From Catajapyx aquilonaris (lineage: Eukaryota): a stretch of 51,004 nucleotides of DNA. Where the stretch lies: the NCBI GenBank assembly GCA_000934665.2, contig JYFJ02002779.1, forward strand, positions 1 through 51,004, given 5' to 3'. A program made the translations under genes and the position numbers. Below the pieces are notes generated by a model. The model was not told the DNA's origin. It saw nothing but the letters and a program-made list of their open reading frames with translations, and did no database searches. This document shows positions 1 to 11,429 of this stretch, one piece after another. How positions within the stretch are numbered: position 1 is the stretch's first letter; each line of letters opens with the position of its first letter.

Positions 1-799
1 AACCATCATACTAACTTGCACTCATATTTCGCGGTCGTATGCAACCGTATCTCGCTACCGTAAACAACGCAGTGTTGCCACTGCCTCACTCCAGTGGCGC
101 AAGGTGACGTCACTGGACCATTTTCGGATCGTTTTTCCGCAATACAAATTGAAAGAGCACGGTGAGGTAGGGTTTTCTTTTTGCGGTTGCGATCAGTATA
201 TAAGTCCCGACATATTCCACATTAAATTTTAAAATTCTCATTTGCTTATCATTTTTTTGAGGACTATTGAAAATTCTGCCATAAGGGCCCATGTTAAATC
301 GCGAACTTCTGAGCCCTCCAGTTCGCTAATTTGCACGGTGACGTGTATTTTTCTTTGCGCCATTGATAAGAGGACACAAAACTGCGTAACATATGTTTTT
401 TTCATAAAATTCTCATTGAGTGACTCTAGCTTCATTTCCACCTTAAGAGTTGGCCGGTATTACCTGGCGATGTTATAGCCGAATCGTCACGCAACGAAAA
501 CATAAATTTCCGCTTTCAATGTGGCTGTAGCCTACTATGCACTACTAGACTACATACCGATTAATGAAATCTGTCACAAATGCAATATTGGCTCACCCGA
601 AAATTATGCAGGACCAAAATATCCGAAATTTCCTTCTGCCGTCTCCTTTGTGCATACCTGGAAAACAATATTTTCCCACCGAGGCGAGGGTCCAAGAAAT
701 GGTCTGTTATACCGGAGGTGAGGTGAAAATGAGTATGTTACATCAGGAGTGCAAATTCACAGTGCCTAATGGAAGCATGCCGGGACGGCCTTTATAACC

Positions 800-842
800 A
801 AGTATGTTATATCCGAGGCTGTTATATCCGGATTCAACTGTA
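800..842. mobile_element. Probable right end of a Tc1/pogo(Tigger)-type DNA transposon or MITE
   Basis: gttatatccgaggctgttatatccggattcaactg|TA. The reverse complement CAGTTGAATCCGGATATAAC resembles pogo/Tigger TIRs and is followed by TA. Partner end not found in the window. Confidence 0.4.
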
Positions 843-849
843 ATAAGTA

Positions 850-1340
850 CAATCAAGAGCTAATCGTTCACTTCAGAGAAGCAGGGTAACATTTCCCTAA
901 CAATATGGCGAGGTGTAAATAGGAATTGACATTGCTAGGCGATGGAATCGCGAACAAATGAAGTATTTGACGTAAAAAAATCATAACTTCAATCCTGCAG
1001 CAGGTGGAAGTGCGAGGTTTTGAACATAAATCCGCACCATCCTACTGCGCATTCGGCCCTTTGATGAAGAAACCAAATCCCGAATAGTTATTGAGCAAAT
1101 AAATAGAAACGTCTTTTTCATTTTTTTGCGGCGTTTTGAAGAGGAATTGAGTTTAGCTGTAAATGGTAGGAATGCACTTCACGACGGTGGGGATCTGTGT
1201 GCAAAATTTGGAAGCTCTACCTACAGCAGAACTTGAGTTAGGGCGAATAAAAAAAGCGTAACAACAAGAAGAAGATGTTGAAGAAATTCATTGTTGAAAT
1301 CTATGCTACGGTCTTACTAAGGGGCTATCGCCCCTTAAAT
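850..1340 (+). mobile_element. Helentron/DINE-1(HINE)-like non-autonomous element
   Basis: 3' hairpin aaggggc-tatc-gcccctt (1319-1336) followed by aaa, preceded by a caaaatttggaagctctacc...cttgag core and a GAA/CAA low-complexity stretch, as in DINE-1/HINE elements. 5' boundary uncertain. Confidence 0.4.
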
Positions 1341-1476
1341 GTTTTTAAAATGCACAGAATGTTTGCCGATTAAAAATCCTAGACAAAAATAAGGCTATTC
1401 ATTTACAGCAGCCCAATGCTAATATAAAATAATATAAAAATATAAAAAGCTTGACACATCACATTAAATAACTTAC

Positions 1477-1615
1477 CCTCTACTTTGAGCACCAGCAATG
1501 CACAGTCTCAGCACAAGCGCCTGCAACAAATAATAATATTTCCGTATTTTTGTGACAGGCCCGTGTAAGACATCGATCTTACCACAAATACATAGTATAA
1601 AACTGATTCTCCCAT
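1477..1615 (-). CDS. Peritrophin/CBM14 family copy 0: signal-peptide exons 1-2 only
   Basis: Exon1 1615-1583 MGESVLYYVFV|gtaag; exon2 1520-1477 ALVLRLCIAGAQSR(G)|gtaagt. Closely similar to 10210-10074. Exons 3-4 not found in 1-1476, so they are outside the window or lost. Confidence 0.7.
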
Positions 1616-1649
1616 TTTCAAAGCTTTCCACAAAGTGAGACCTCAATAT

Positions 1650-1710
1650 GAGACTGGATGCGCAAAAGCAGCACTATAAATACAGTGTCGCCATAGTCGA
1701 TAAGATATCA
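1650..1710 (-). promoter_or_regulatory. Putative core promoter of copy 0 (TATA-like box, Inr-like motif, GATA sites)
   Basis: Minus-strand TATTTATA (~1682-1675), CCAGTC about 20-25 nt downstream, and cgataagatatc at 1698-1709. A homologous block occurs at 10250-10300. Confidence 0.45.
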
Positions 1711-1921
1711 ATAATGATCATTAGGCCGGGTTTCATCATTGAGGTCCCTTGGTAAGACTTACGGGATAAAGACAGTAATCACTTTTGCAATCTTTCCGCT
1801 TTTGATTTAGAGACCTGAAGGGCGGAATGATCAAAAACACACTTGAGTGATTTCGAAATACACAATTGTTTGAATTTTGAGTATTGCGTGCGTAGACCTT
1901 TATGGGGTAAATTATTCTCAA

Positions 1922-2137
1922 CTAGGGCATCCGTAGCCAACAATTGGCAAAACGTACAATGAGGAAGACAATGGGAATCCAACTTTCCCCCTGGCCTGAT
2001 GATTTAGTGGAGTCGCCAGGAGGTGGCAGCACTCACCAAGGCCCCGCCTCCGTCTCCGCCCTACCCACCGGTGCGTTCCAGACAGAGAGCATGACAGAGA
2101 GTGAAAAAATTGGGCGATTATTATAGGGGGAACTAGG
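1922..2137 (-). mobile_element. Mini non-autonomous Helitron (~216 bp), same family as 4099-6464
   Basis: Minus-strand 5' end cctagttccccctataataatcgcc resembles tctattccccctataataatagcc (4099). 3' end gccaattgttggc-tacggatgccCTAG|t resembles gccaaattttggc-tacgggtccgCTAG|t (6464). Also shares attcccattgtc..cctcatt and the ggtggcagcactc motif. Confidence 0.8.
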
Positions 2138-2389
2138 TCTTCATTTGGGTCCCAAATGGCGAGTGTATTGGTTGACATATTTATTTGACCTATTCCTCTC
2201 CCCTTGCTTATACCCACAGAGCGTAATAACTATAACCGCTATACATATGTGTAGCCTATATATTTTTCGTTTTCTCCAGGAAGCTGTAAATTTACTAAAA
2301 TTTGCTGATATAATCCTTTAAAATCACTAGTGAGGATGGGGTTTTCCTACTGGACTGTCCACCTCTCTCTCTTACCCGGCTCTTACCTT

Positions 2390-2390
<1 letters not shown>

Positions 2391-2451
<61 letters not shown>
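2391..2451. repeat. (TTTA)n microsatellite
   Basis: Direct reading, about 15 units. Confidence 0.95.
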
Positions 2452-2457
<6 letters not shown>

Positions 2458-2789
2458 CGGTATATATTTTTCTCGCCAGCTTGTTTTCATTCCTTACATA
2501 TTGTATAGAATATTCTCTCGCTGGCCTAAAAAGCTAATGCGTAAAAGAATTATCGTGAAATCAGCTTACGTATTAATACTTATATTAATACTCATATTGC
2601 GAAGTGTGGTAAGTAATTCATTGTTTACTCAAACCACTCAACTCTGTGCTTTGTTCCGATTTTCCTTATTAGATAACCGGAAGAAGGTCGACTTGAAATG
2701 TCACCTGTAACATCTGCGCAATGACACACAATATCTTTTGAACTTATTGATTGTTCCGAAACAAAAACGAAATGTCAAGGAAGGCACAA

Positions 2790-2864
2790 TAGTCATTTTA
2801 CTGCCCTGAACGGATTATGTTTGATCCCGTTCTACCATGTGTCTGGGTCAAACAAGATGAAAAC
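2790..2864 (+). pseudogene. Remnant of a CBM14 exon 3, paralogous to 22099-22159 and cut by the long-TIR element
   Basis: Translates as CPERIMFDPVLPCVWVKQDEN versus CPEGMMFDPVLRVCVEEDEL. DNA tgccctgaa..atgtttgatcccgttctac aligns with tgtcctgaa..atgtttgatccagtactac. In-frame stop just upstream. Confidence 0.6.
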
Positions 2865-4273
2865 GGGCAATTCCACGTGAACGTGATCACCTTTTGCACG
2901 AAAAAATTGGCCCGTCGATTAAGAGATTATATGTTTAGGTCCAGGTCATGTTAAAACCTTTCCCACAAGGATTTGGTCCGCTGATGCGTGGTTGCCTATC
3001 TACAGGCGCTAATTGCACTTGGATCACAGTTAGAGTCGCCCCTTATTACATTTACATGACAACGTAAATGCATGATGTAATACATGTTTCATGTGTGAAA
3101 TTGTCTCCTCTTTCCGACAGAAATAGTCACTTTCCGATAGCTGTGCAAATTCATGTCAAAATGCGACATTTTTGCAAACAAATGACATTTTCAAAAAAGA
3201 GCCAAAGTCAAATGTCATCACATTGATACATTAATATCAAAATACACCTCACAGTGTCCTCTATCAGTGGTATAAACGGAATTTTGGAATAAGAAATGGT
3301 TACGGAGCTATAGGTATACTGACGTGGAGCGCTGCGCTAGTGGGCACGCCCGCAGAATGAAAAGGAGCGGCCCACCTAGGTCCGTCTTCATGTCTCAGGT
3401 AGTGTACGCTTGTCCTTTGTGTTTAATTCACTTAATCATATATTTAATGTAGTTATAGTTTTAATATATCTAGAAATATAGTTCCAAATAAAGGTCCGCT
3501 ACTGGGCAATTCCACGTGAACGTGATCACCTTTTGCACGAAAATATTTAACCATCGATAAGTGTCAAAGTGTGAGGAGATATGTTTAGGTCCAGGTTAGA
3601 ACCTTTCGCATAAGGATTTGGTCCGCTGACGCGTGGTTGCCTCTCTACAGGCGTAAATTGTACTTGGATCACATTTACACGACAATGTAAATGCTTGATG
3701 TGATACAAGTTTCATATGTGAAGTTGTCTCCTCTTTTCGATAAAAATGCTAACTTCCTGACAGATGTGCAGATTCATGGCAAAAAGTGAGAATTTTGCAA
3801 ACAAATGAAATTTTCGAAACGAGAGCCAAAGTTAAATGCCATCAGTCATCACATTGATATCAAAAAAAAAAAAAATCATAGTGTCCTCTATCAGCCATAC
3901 AAACGGAATTTTGGCATACGCAAGGGTTACGGAGCTATAATCACTGACGTGGAGGGGTGCAGGAGTGCAATATATTCCATTATAGTGAAAGCAAGGGGCC
4001 CGTATGGAGCCGCAAGAAATATCGTACAGGTCTCAACAGTGAACATTCATTTGGACTGTGACTAGGAACGAATAGAAGACTGGACATAAAAATAAAAATC
4101 TATTCCCCCTATAATAATAGCCTTGTCTTAAACACGCCACCATCTGGAACGCCACCACGGCCTGAAGAAATTATTGCCGTGACCCAAAGGTGGCAGCACT
4201 CCCTTGGCAGCCAAGCCAAGCCAGCCAAGGGAGTGCTGCCACCTGTGGGTCACGGCAATAATTCATCTGGCCG

Positions 4274-4691
4274 ACCGAAGCAGCAGTAGCTGAGGGGATT
4301 TGGTATCCGGCTGCAAATCGGGAGGTCCAGGGATCAAATCCCCAGGCCGGCAACTCTGACCGTGGTTTTCTGTGGTTTCCCACGGTCACCCCAGGTGAAT
4401 ACCGGAGTTGTTTCCTAATCGTAGGCCACAGCCGCTTCCTGCCTTTCCTATCCCTGTCCCCTACTGGAGGAGGTGCGGCGTTTGTGGGAGGTCTCTGACC
4501 CGCATCTAGAGGGTCGTCTTGTCAACCTAGCCCTCTGAGGGACTGCACACGACCTCCACCATGAGACATTGCACTTGCACCACTGTCCCCCCCCCCCTCC
4601 ATCCCAGCACTGGAGAGTCAGAAAATGGTGGAAAAATCTCCCCCCTACATAGGCCAGAAGGCCTCAAGGGTGTACTTTAAAAAATAATAAT
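4274..4691 (+). mobile_element. tRNA-derived SINE inserted in the Helitron
   Basis: 17-bp TSD aataattcatctggccg (4257-4273 and 4692-4708), A-box-like tagctgagggg, B-box-like ggatcaaatcc, (TAA)n tail. The body motif ggttttctgtggtttccc...caggtgaataccgg...ggccacagccgcttcct recalls insect Lm1/Talua-type SINE bodies (from memory, unverified). Confidence 0.85.
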
Positions 4692-4958
4692 AATAATTCA
4701 TCTGGCCGCCTTTTCCCCTTCCCGCCAAAAGTCCTAACTGCCACCTATTTCCTTTCCCGCCAATACAGGCCCCGGGTGAGTGCTGCCACCTTCTCATCAG
4801 GCCGGGGGTAGGGGGCGGCGGGTTGTGGGGTGGGTCAGTGGCCCACACACTCACTTCTCACTGCGCAGTGGAGAGTATGGTCGCTTTATTTCTGTCTGTG
4901 GTCAGTACCTTACGTCCTCACAACCTGCTCAGTGCCTCATATCCTCACAACCCGCACA

Positions 4959-6317
4959 ATGGACGAGGAGGAGGAGGATCCCATTGCTAGAAAGCGTCGG
5001 ATGGCTAAGGCACGCAAGGCTAGATGGCTAGCAAAGCAAAGTCAGGAGTCCCTGGACAGAATTCGTCAGGCAGACGCTGCAGCTCATCGCTTAGCACGCC
5101 ATCCTCTAACCCAATCCATTCCCGACGAAGCTATTCATTTTCTGGAGGCCCGAGTAGTTCCACACTTCTGCGGACCGTTGATTGTCATTTGCCACTTCTG
5201 TAAGTCCCGCAACTTTCTTACTGAACTTCCTTCTGATGGTAAATTCACAACTTGCTGCCGCAAAGGAAAAGTCCGATTAGAGACACCTCGAGATGATCAC
5301 GGGAATCTCCTGCCTTATCCTTTTTTCCTGCTTGACTTGATGTCCAATCCTGACAATCCTGATTATAGGAACTTCCGTGACAACATTCGCTCATACAATA
5401 GTGCTGTGTCGTTTGCGTCCATGGGAGCCAAAGTGGTTGATTTCAGTGGTGCCGGACCTTACGTCTTCAAAGTCCATGGTCAGATTTTCCACCGCACGAG
5501 TCACGTTCAACCAGTTCATGGCTTAGCTCCTCAGTATGCTCAACTCTACGTCATCGACAGTTCACAAGCTACGGAAATGCGAGTTCATCATCCCGCCAAT
5601 GAACAATGCCTCTCACGTGTTCTGGATCAGATCGACCGCTTCTTCAGGCTCCATAATCGACTCTCTGACACGTATCGCATGCTTCGGGAAGTTGAAGCTC
5701 AGGCAATTCTGCAAGCCAACGTGGCAGGTCTAGATCTTCCTGTGGTAAACCTGGTCTTCCGACGAGACCGTCATTCCGAGCAGCGCCACTATAACGATCC
5801 GACAGCCAATGAAATCGCAATGGTCTTTGTCAACAGCAATGGCGAACCTCCTTTCGAACGTGATATTCAGGTCTATCCCTTGAATCCGGTTGATCCGGAC
5901 CATGCAGCCGAAATAGTGTCGGAATGCAATCGCGGTCATGTCGTTTTCTTGCCCCGAATTACCTTAGCTCCCAGTGACATCAATATGCCTTTTGTTCTCA
6001 AACGCCGCCAGTTTCCTATCATTCCAGCTTATGCCATGACGATCAACAAGTCGCAGGGCCAGACCTTTGAGCACGTGGGCATTTACCTGGATGAACCTGT
6101 CTTCTCACATATGTGGCACTGTATGTGGCTGTATGTGGCACTGTCCCGGTCTCGCAACCCAAGTCAGGTCAAAGTATTCACTACTCAACTGCTCAACAAG
6201 GAACATTGCTCTCCAACAACAGAGTCTTTACACAGAATGTTGTATATCGCGAGGTTTTATGAAAAAGACTTTTCTCATGTCCGACTCAAGAAGTATAGCC
6301 TACAGTATGTCCACTGA
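4959..6317 (+). pseudogene. Helitron RepHel remnant: N-terminal Zn-finger region fused in frame to the PIF1 helicase C-terminus
   Basis: N-terminal RepHel motifs CHFC..CCRKGKV, IRSYNSAVSFAS, FKVHGQIFHR, AQLYVID, YNDPT. C-terminal PIF1 motifs LPRI..RRQFP..AYAMTINKSQGQT..VFSH..LYVALSR. The HUH Rep domain and Walker A/B are absent. Confidence 0.88.
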
Positions 6318-8249
6318 TTCAATGCCACTAAATTTTTCAACCCAGTCTTACGACCAGATATACGCTATTTCTTAGTTGTCACTCCGAGAGGCCTCTCATC
6401 CCATTTTTTCATTCCCATTGTCCTCATTGCAGGTTTTGCCAAATTTTGGCTACGGGTCCGCTAGTTGTAAATAATTATAGCATATTTTAACACACACTTT
6501 ACACTGGTGAAAATTGAAACTTGGTTGAACATGACAAGGGCATTTTCATTTATTCTTACTATTCTATGGTAAAATTTTTTGGAACTATATTTTTAAGTGA
6601 ATTAAACACAAAAGACAAGCGTACATTACCTGAGACATGAAGACGGACCTAGGTGGGCCGCTCATTTTCATTCAGCGGCGTGGCCACTAGCGCAGCGCTC
6701 CACGTTAGTACCTATAGCTCCGTAACCATTTCGTATTCCAAAATTCCGTTTATACCACTGATAGAGGACACTGTGAGGTGTATTTTGATATCAATGTGAT
6801 GACATTTGACTTGGGCTCTTTTTTGAAAATGTCATTTGTTTTCAAAAATGTCGCATTTTGACATGAATTTGCACAGCTATCGGAAAGCGACTATTTTTGT
6901 CGGAAAGAGGAGACAATTTCACACATGAAACATGTATTACATCATGCATTTACGTTGTCATGTAAATGTAATAGGGGGGCGCCTCTAACTGTGATCCCAG
7001 TGCAATTAGCGCCTTAGATAGGCAACCACCCATCAGCGGACCAAATACTTGTGGGAAAGGTCTTAACATGACCTGGACCTAAACATATCTCACACTCATC
7101 GACGGGCAAATTTTTTCGTGCAAAAGGTGATCACGTTCACGTGGAATTGCCCAAGTGTGGTTATGAGAAGTGATAATAACGTTCATTATTTTGCAGTTAA
7201 AATTTAGAGATAGGCTTAGAGTATTTTCAATCCGGCGCGGCGGATCGAAAGGGCCCACTGTATAGACTTACTCAGCATAAAAACAGCAATATTAGAACTG
7301 ACAATGGAAAATATTGGAACCAATACAATGGCATTATAATTTTTCTACATCCATATGTCGCTCAATATACTGTAAGCATCTTCAAAACCTTTGCAGACTT
7401 TTTCTTCAATGCTGTAAGAAAATCAATGTCACAGGTGAGGCAATAAAGGAATTCAAAATGTAGTCAAGAGTGTACTACACTGCGATTTTGATAAGACGTG
7501 ATTTGTCCAATAATTAATATACGGTAAGGACTGAGAAATTCCTCGCTGACTGTGTGTGTCACAGAATTATACGTAGTATATCTGGATGTATTTGTATGCG
7601 GGTGGTACAGATCATAATGTTAAAGTTTCGCTATAAGTGCATATGAAATGACAATAAAATAACATAACGAATAACTGATTAGAAACGTCTGAGTAGCCCA
7701 TTTTGACCAAAAAGGTCACGGTTATAATCGTCGCACTTTCTCACGTACTAATCCAATCATAACAATAAGAGTATCTGTTACACCGTACATCGCACTTGAA
7801 AATTCCGTATATTTCGCTTTATAAATAGACCCAAATGATAACAAACCTCAAAATTTCTTTTACGTCGCATTGATGGTGTAAAACTGTATTGTTGTCGTTG
7901 TTGTTGTTGTTGTTGAACAGGTTTGATTCAGTACTAAACAGTCAGTTATATTCACTTTATTAGCCATACAATTTGACAAAAACATTGCCATAAATAGCTT
8001 TTATCCACAAGGGACACAAAAATATGCGTACATGAAAAGTAGAGAACTACACGTTTTGTATTGAGGCTTGTGTGGTTGGACACTGTCCCTTGCAACATGT
8101 TGGTCCTCCGCAGAATATGTGACCAGGAAGGCACGTTTTAATTTCCTTGACGTAATGTCCTCCAACGGGAACTCACGCGATGTTCTTGTTGCTACATGGT
8201 GCGATTGGAAAGTAGTAGGGTGCTTTACAGACGAATGGTGTGGTGGAAA

Positions 8250-10210
8250 TTATGGGTTATGGACTTGTGGAATAGTCGTTTCATCAGCAGCAGTCGAGTC
8301 AGTGATAGTTGGGATGGTAAATGGCTCTGTACTCGGCGTAGAATATGTAGACGTACTGAACCCACTGGAACACATTGGAACATTGCTCGGGTCATCACAT
8401 TTTCCATTTGCATCATCGAACACCAGGCCGTTGGGACACGTAGCGACTTCGGGTATGCTGCCCTTATATTTGCACACAAAATATTTTGAGCAGTCGTCTA
8501 CGTTTCTTACTGTGACAACACCGTCACCGCACATGTTTTTACAAGCGGCTACATTTTCCATTATTTCGCACATCATGCCAACAACTGAGCATCAAAAGCA
8601 TAACCATCAGGACATTTGCTTACACTGATCAACTCTTTCGTGTCCGAACAGGTATACCCAATTGTTGGACATATATTTGCGCCTGGATACACATTCCAAG
8701 CAGAGGGTTTAAAGCAGTGAACTCCAGATTCAGCCAATGGTGTCAGGCATGTGTCAGCATCAAGACCACTTAAATCGTCGGGTCCAGCAACACTTACGCA
8801 CTTTCCACCAGCATTAGAACTGTCCTCTTTGAAATATCCACTTTTGCAACTTTTCATGACTGGTGTAAGAGCGTCTTTATAATATATCGACACCTGACAT
8901 GTGTAATACAGCATGCAATCTCTAGGGTACGCTTTCTTTATATTTGAAGCAGGTGATCCATCACATAATCCAGTTGCTGGTGTAGGCTTGCAGGAGGCTT
9001 CATCGGGTAAGTCTTCATCACATATCTTCGTAGCTGGATTAAATGCTTTATCGTTGTTACAGGTTTTGGGATGATCAATCAGACTGGAATCGCATTCGTG
9101 GTACATTTTACAGTCGTATGGATCGGGAAATCTACCCTCTTCGCCACATTGATATGGAACGCAGTTCGGTACATCAAATCTGCATCTTGCTTCTGGAGCA
9201 GTTGAATTGTCGCAGAACTTATTAGGTGAGCATGAACTATTCATCCAAGTGTCAGTAGCTGGGTTACATATTTTCACCTTACTGCAATCAATACACACTA
9301 TTTGTTCTGTATCAGGATCGCAACTTTCATCTGTCAGTCCAGAAATCACTCTGAGATACACGTTCGGATCAGGGTCTGGGCTACACGGCACCTAAAATAT
9401 GGGAATAAAGATCATAAATAACATTAGTCAATAGGGTACCTGTAGTAGGCTACTGTTTGTGAAAAATTTCTCATCATAGTTTGTTGTAGGCGTACAGTAC
9501 CAAAGTCTATATATGAACGTGTGCCTTTCCGCACTGTAACATATAGACAGGCTATCACTGATTCATATTTCAGTGTGTTGATTAATCTCAGCGTCATCAA
9601 GACGTTACAACAAAACGAAAGTTTATTTCATGAGCATACACTAAAAATTAATACAGGCTGCCCCAAACATTATTTCAAGGTTACTAAATTAGCAACAGTT
9701 CACAAAAGCTATGTACCTTCGGATCTTCTGGGTAACACAAATTCAATGTTGGATTAAAAACTTCTCCGTCAAGCATGTGCGTATCACAATCTCTGCTTTT
9801 CCCATGACTTGCACGCACTTGTAGAAATGGCGACAGTCGTCTGGATGCGGGTATAAAGTTCCCAATTCACATTTATCTCCGCCTTCCTGCCAGATCATTC
9901 CAATCCTGTTCAAATAAACATTTTCAATTAGAAATGTTTTTGAAATGTACATAAATGTTTGCAGATTAGAAACGTTTGAGGCAAATAGGCTGTTATGATT
10001 GACACTCGAACGTTTACAGCAGTCCAGTGCCAATATAAAATAGAGAAAAAACAACACTTATTAAATGACTTACTCACTACTATAAGCCCTGGCAATGAAC
10101 AAGCTCAGCACAAACGCCTGGAACAAAGTAAGATTTCAGTATTTTGTGACAGCGTTATGGAAATACATCTATCTTACCACAAATGCATGGTATAAAACTG
10201 ACTCCCCCAT
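8250..10210 (-). pseudogene. Peritrophin-like multi-CBM14 gene copy 1 (frameshifted: pseudogene or assembly errors)
   Basis: Exons 10210-10178, 10117-10074, 9905-9717, 9391-8250. 1-nt deletion in exon 3 at ~9771 (TGC TT GAC GGA, versus C-L-E-G in paralogs) and at ~8585. Has CBM14 motifs (PHPDDCRHFYKC, FPDPYDCKMYHEC, CPNGLVFDDANGKCD) and a Thr/Ser tail. Confidence 0.8.
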
Positions 10211-11429
10211 TTTGAATCAAAACTTTCCACGAAGAGATTCCTCAATATGAAGCTGGATGTGCGAAAGGAGTACTATAAGTAGTGTAGATAAGATATCAAT
10301 TATCATCATGAGGAGAGGTTTCGACATTGAGAATTACATGATCCTAGGATAACAGTGGTAGGAAATGAAGCTTAATCACTGTGGCAATCTTTCCCCTTAT
10401 GTTTCGAAGATCTGAAATGCAAAATTGCAAATCAATCAATGGCACATTTGAGTTGTTTATAAATACGACGTACAGTAGTGATGCAACAGTATGCATCATC
10501 AGTTCATCAGGATGTTTTGGTAAAATGGCTGATAAAGATATAGTAATGAGAAGTGACAAGAGCCTTCACTTTACTCTTGGAATTCCCAATTATGACACTG
10601 AGGTATTTTTTAAGAAAACAAGATTGGCAAATCACGTCCGAGTTATTAGAATACTTTTTCTTATTCTTTCAAGTATGAAACTTGTGAGTAATTTTTTCCC
10701 AAAGAATGTAGACCTACCATCGACGAAGTAAGTCAAGTTTAATCGTTCTAATTTTACAAATTGTTACCAAAGATTACAGTAGAACTCATATTACTTTTAC
10801 GTACAGTTTACTGAGAGTTAACCCGGAAAACCGGAAGTTGACCGTGACACGTATTTTCGCGCCTAATCTGAATATGAAACCCGTTTGTCGCTATTTGTTG
10901 CGGTTTCGGCCCTGATACATGACTTATTGTACTTACCGCAGCTGAAAACGACGTCGATGACACTTCACGAAACGACGAAAAAAGTCCCACAATAATTATC
11001 TTCTTCTAACCTCCAAGCTTGGATATACAGTGTTCCTTCGAGTGCTGCATTGGCAATTTATAATTATGTAACAATAATATATATTATTCTTATTATTCTA
11101 CTGATACAACCAAGTAGCCTTACACATGTAGAAAAAGAGTCGGAAGATAAATTGGTGCAGAACATGGGAAGTTGTTTCTTCTCAATACATGTGCTGTTTA
11201 AAAAGAGACCAATAATTATGGAGAACGGTCATATCAATAATTCTGTGTGGTATTTCCTATTGCAATGCAAGCTTATTTTCATCAAATAAGCTTCTCTTTA
11301 TTTCCGTAGCTTTAATGGTCATAATGTTAACCCCTTTGACACTCCAGTTTTGCGAAAGAGATTGTATCATAACAAATATGGGGGAACGCAATGGCAAACA
11401 TATCTAGGCTCAAATTATAGCTGATCAAA

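Larger units (their letters stand above)
4099..6464 (+). mobile_element. Helitron, internally deleted derivative
   Basis: Inserted between A and T: a|TCTATTCCCC...CGCTAG|t. Subterminal hairpin gccaaattttggc at 6438-6450. Encodes RepHel fragments. Confidence 0.9.
2865..7152. mobile_element. Long-TIR (foldback-like) non-autonomous DNA element carrying nested insertions
   Basis: 2865-~3487 is the inverted repeat of ~6581-7152. Ends are GGGCAATTCCACGTGAACGTGATCACC and GGTGATCACGTTCACGTGGAATTGCCC. A second, more diverged left arm lies at 3504-~3953. No transposase ORF and no clean TSD. Confidence 0.85.

Noticed and set aside
2330..2710. 126-aa hydrophobic ORF with IYLF repeats
   Set aside because: Produced by the (TTTA)n microsatellite.
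4830..4958. N-terminal extension of the Helitron ORF from a GTG start
   Set aside because: Eukaryotic context; the first ATG is at 4959.
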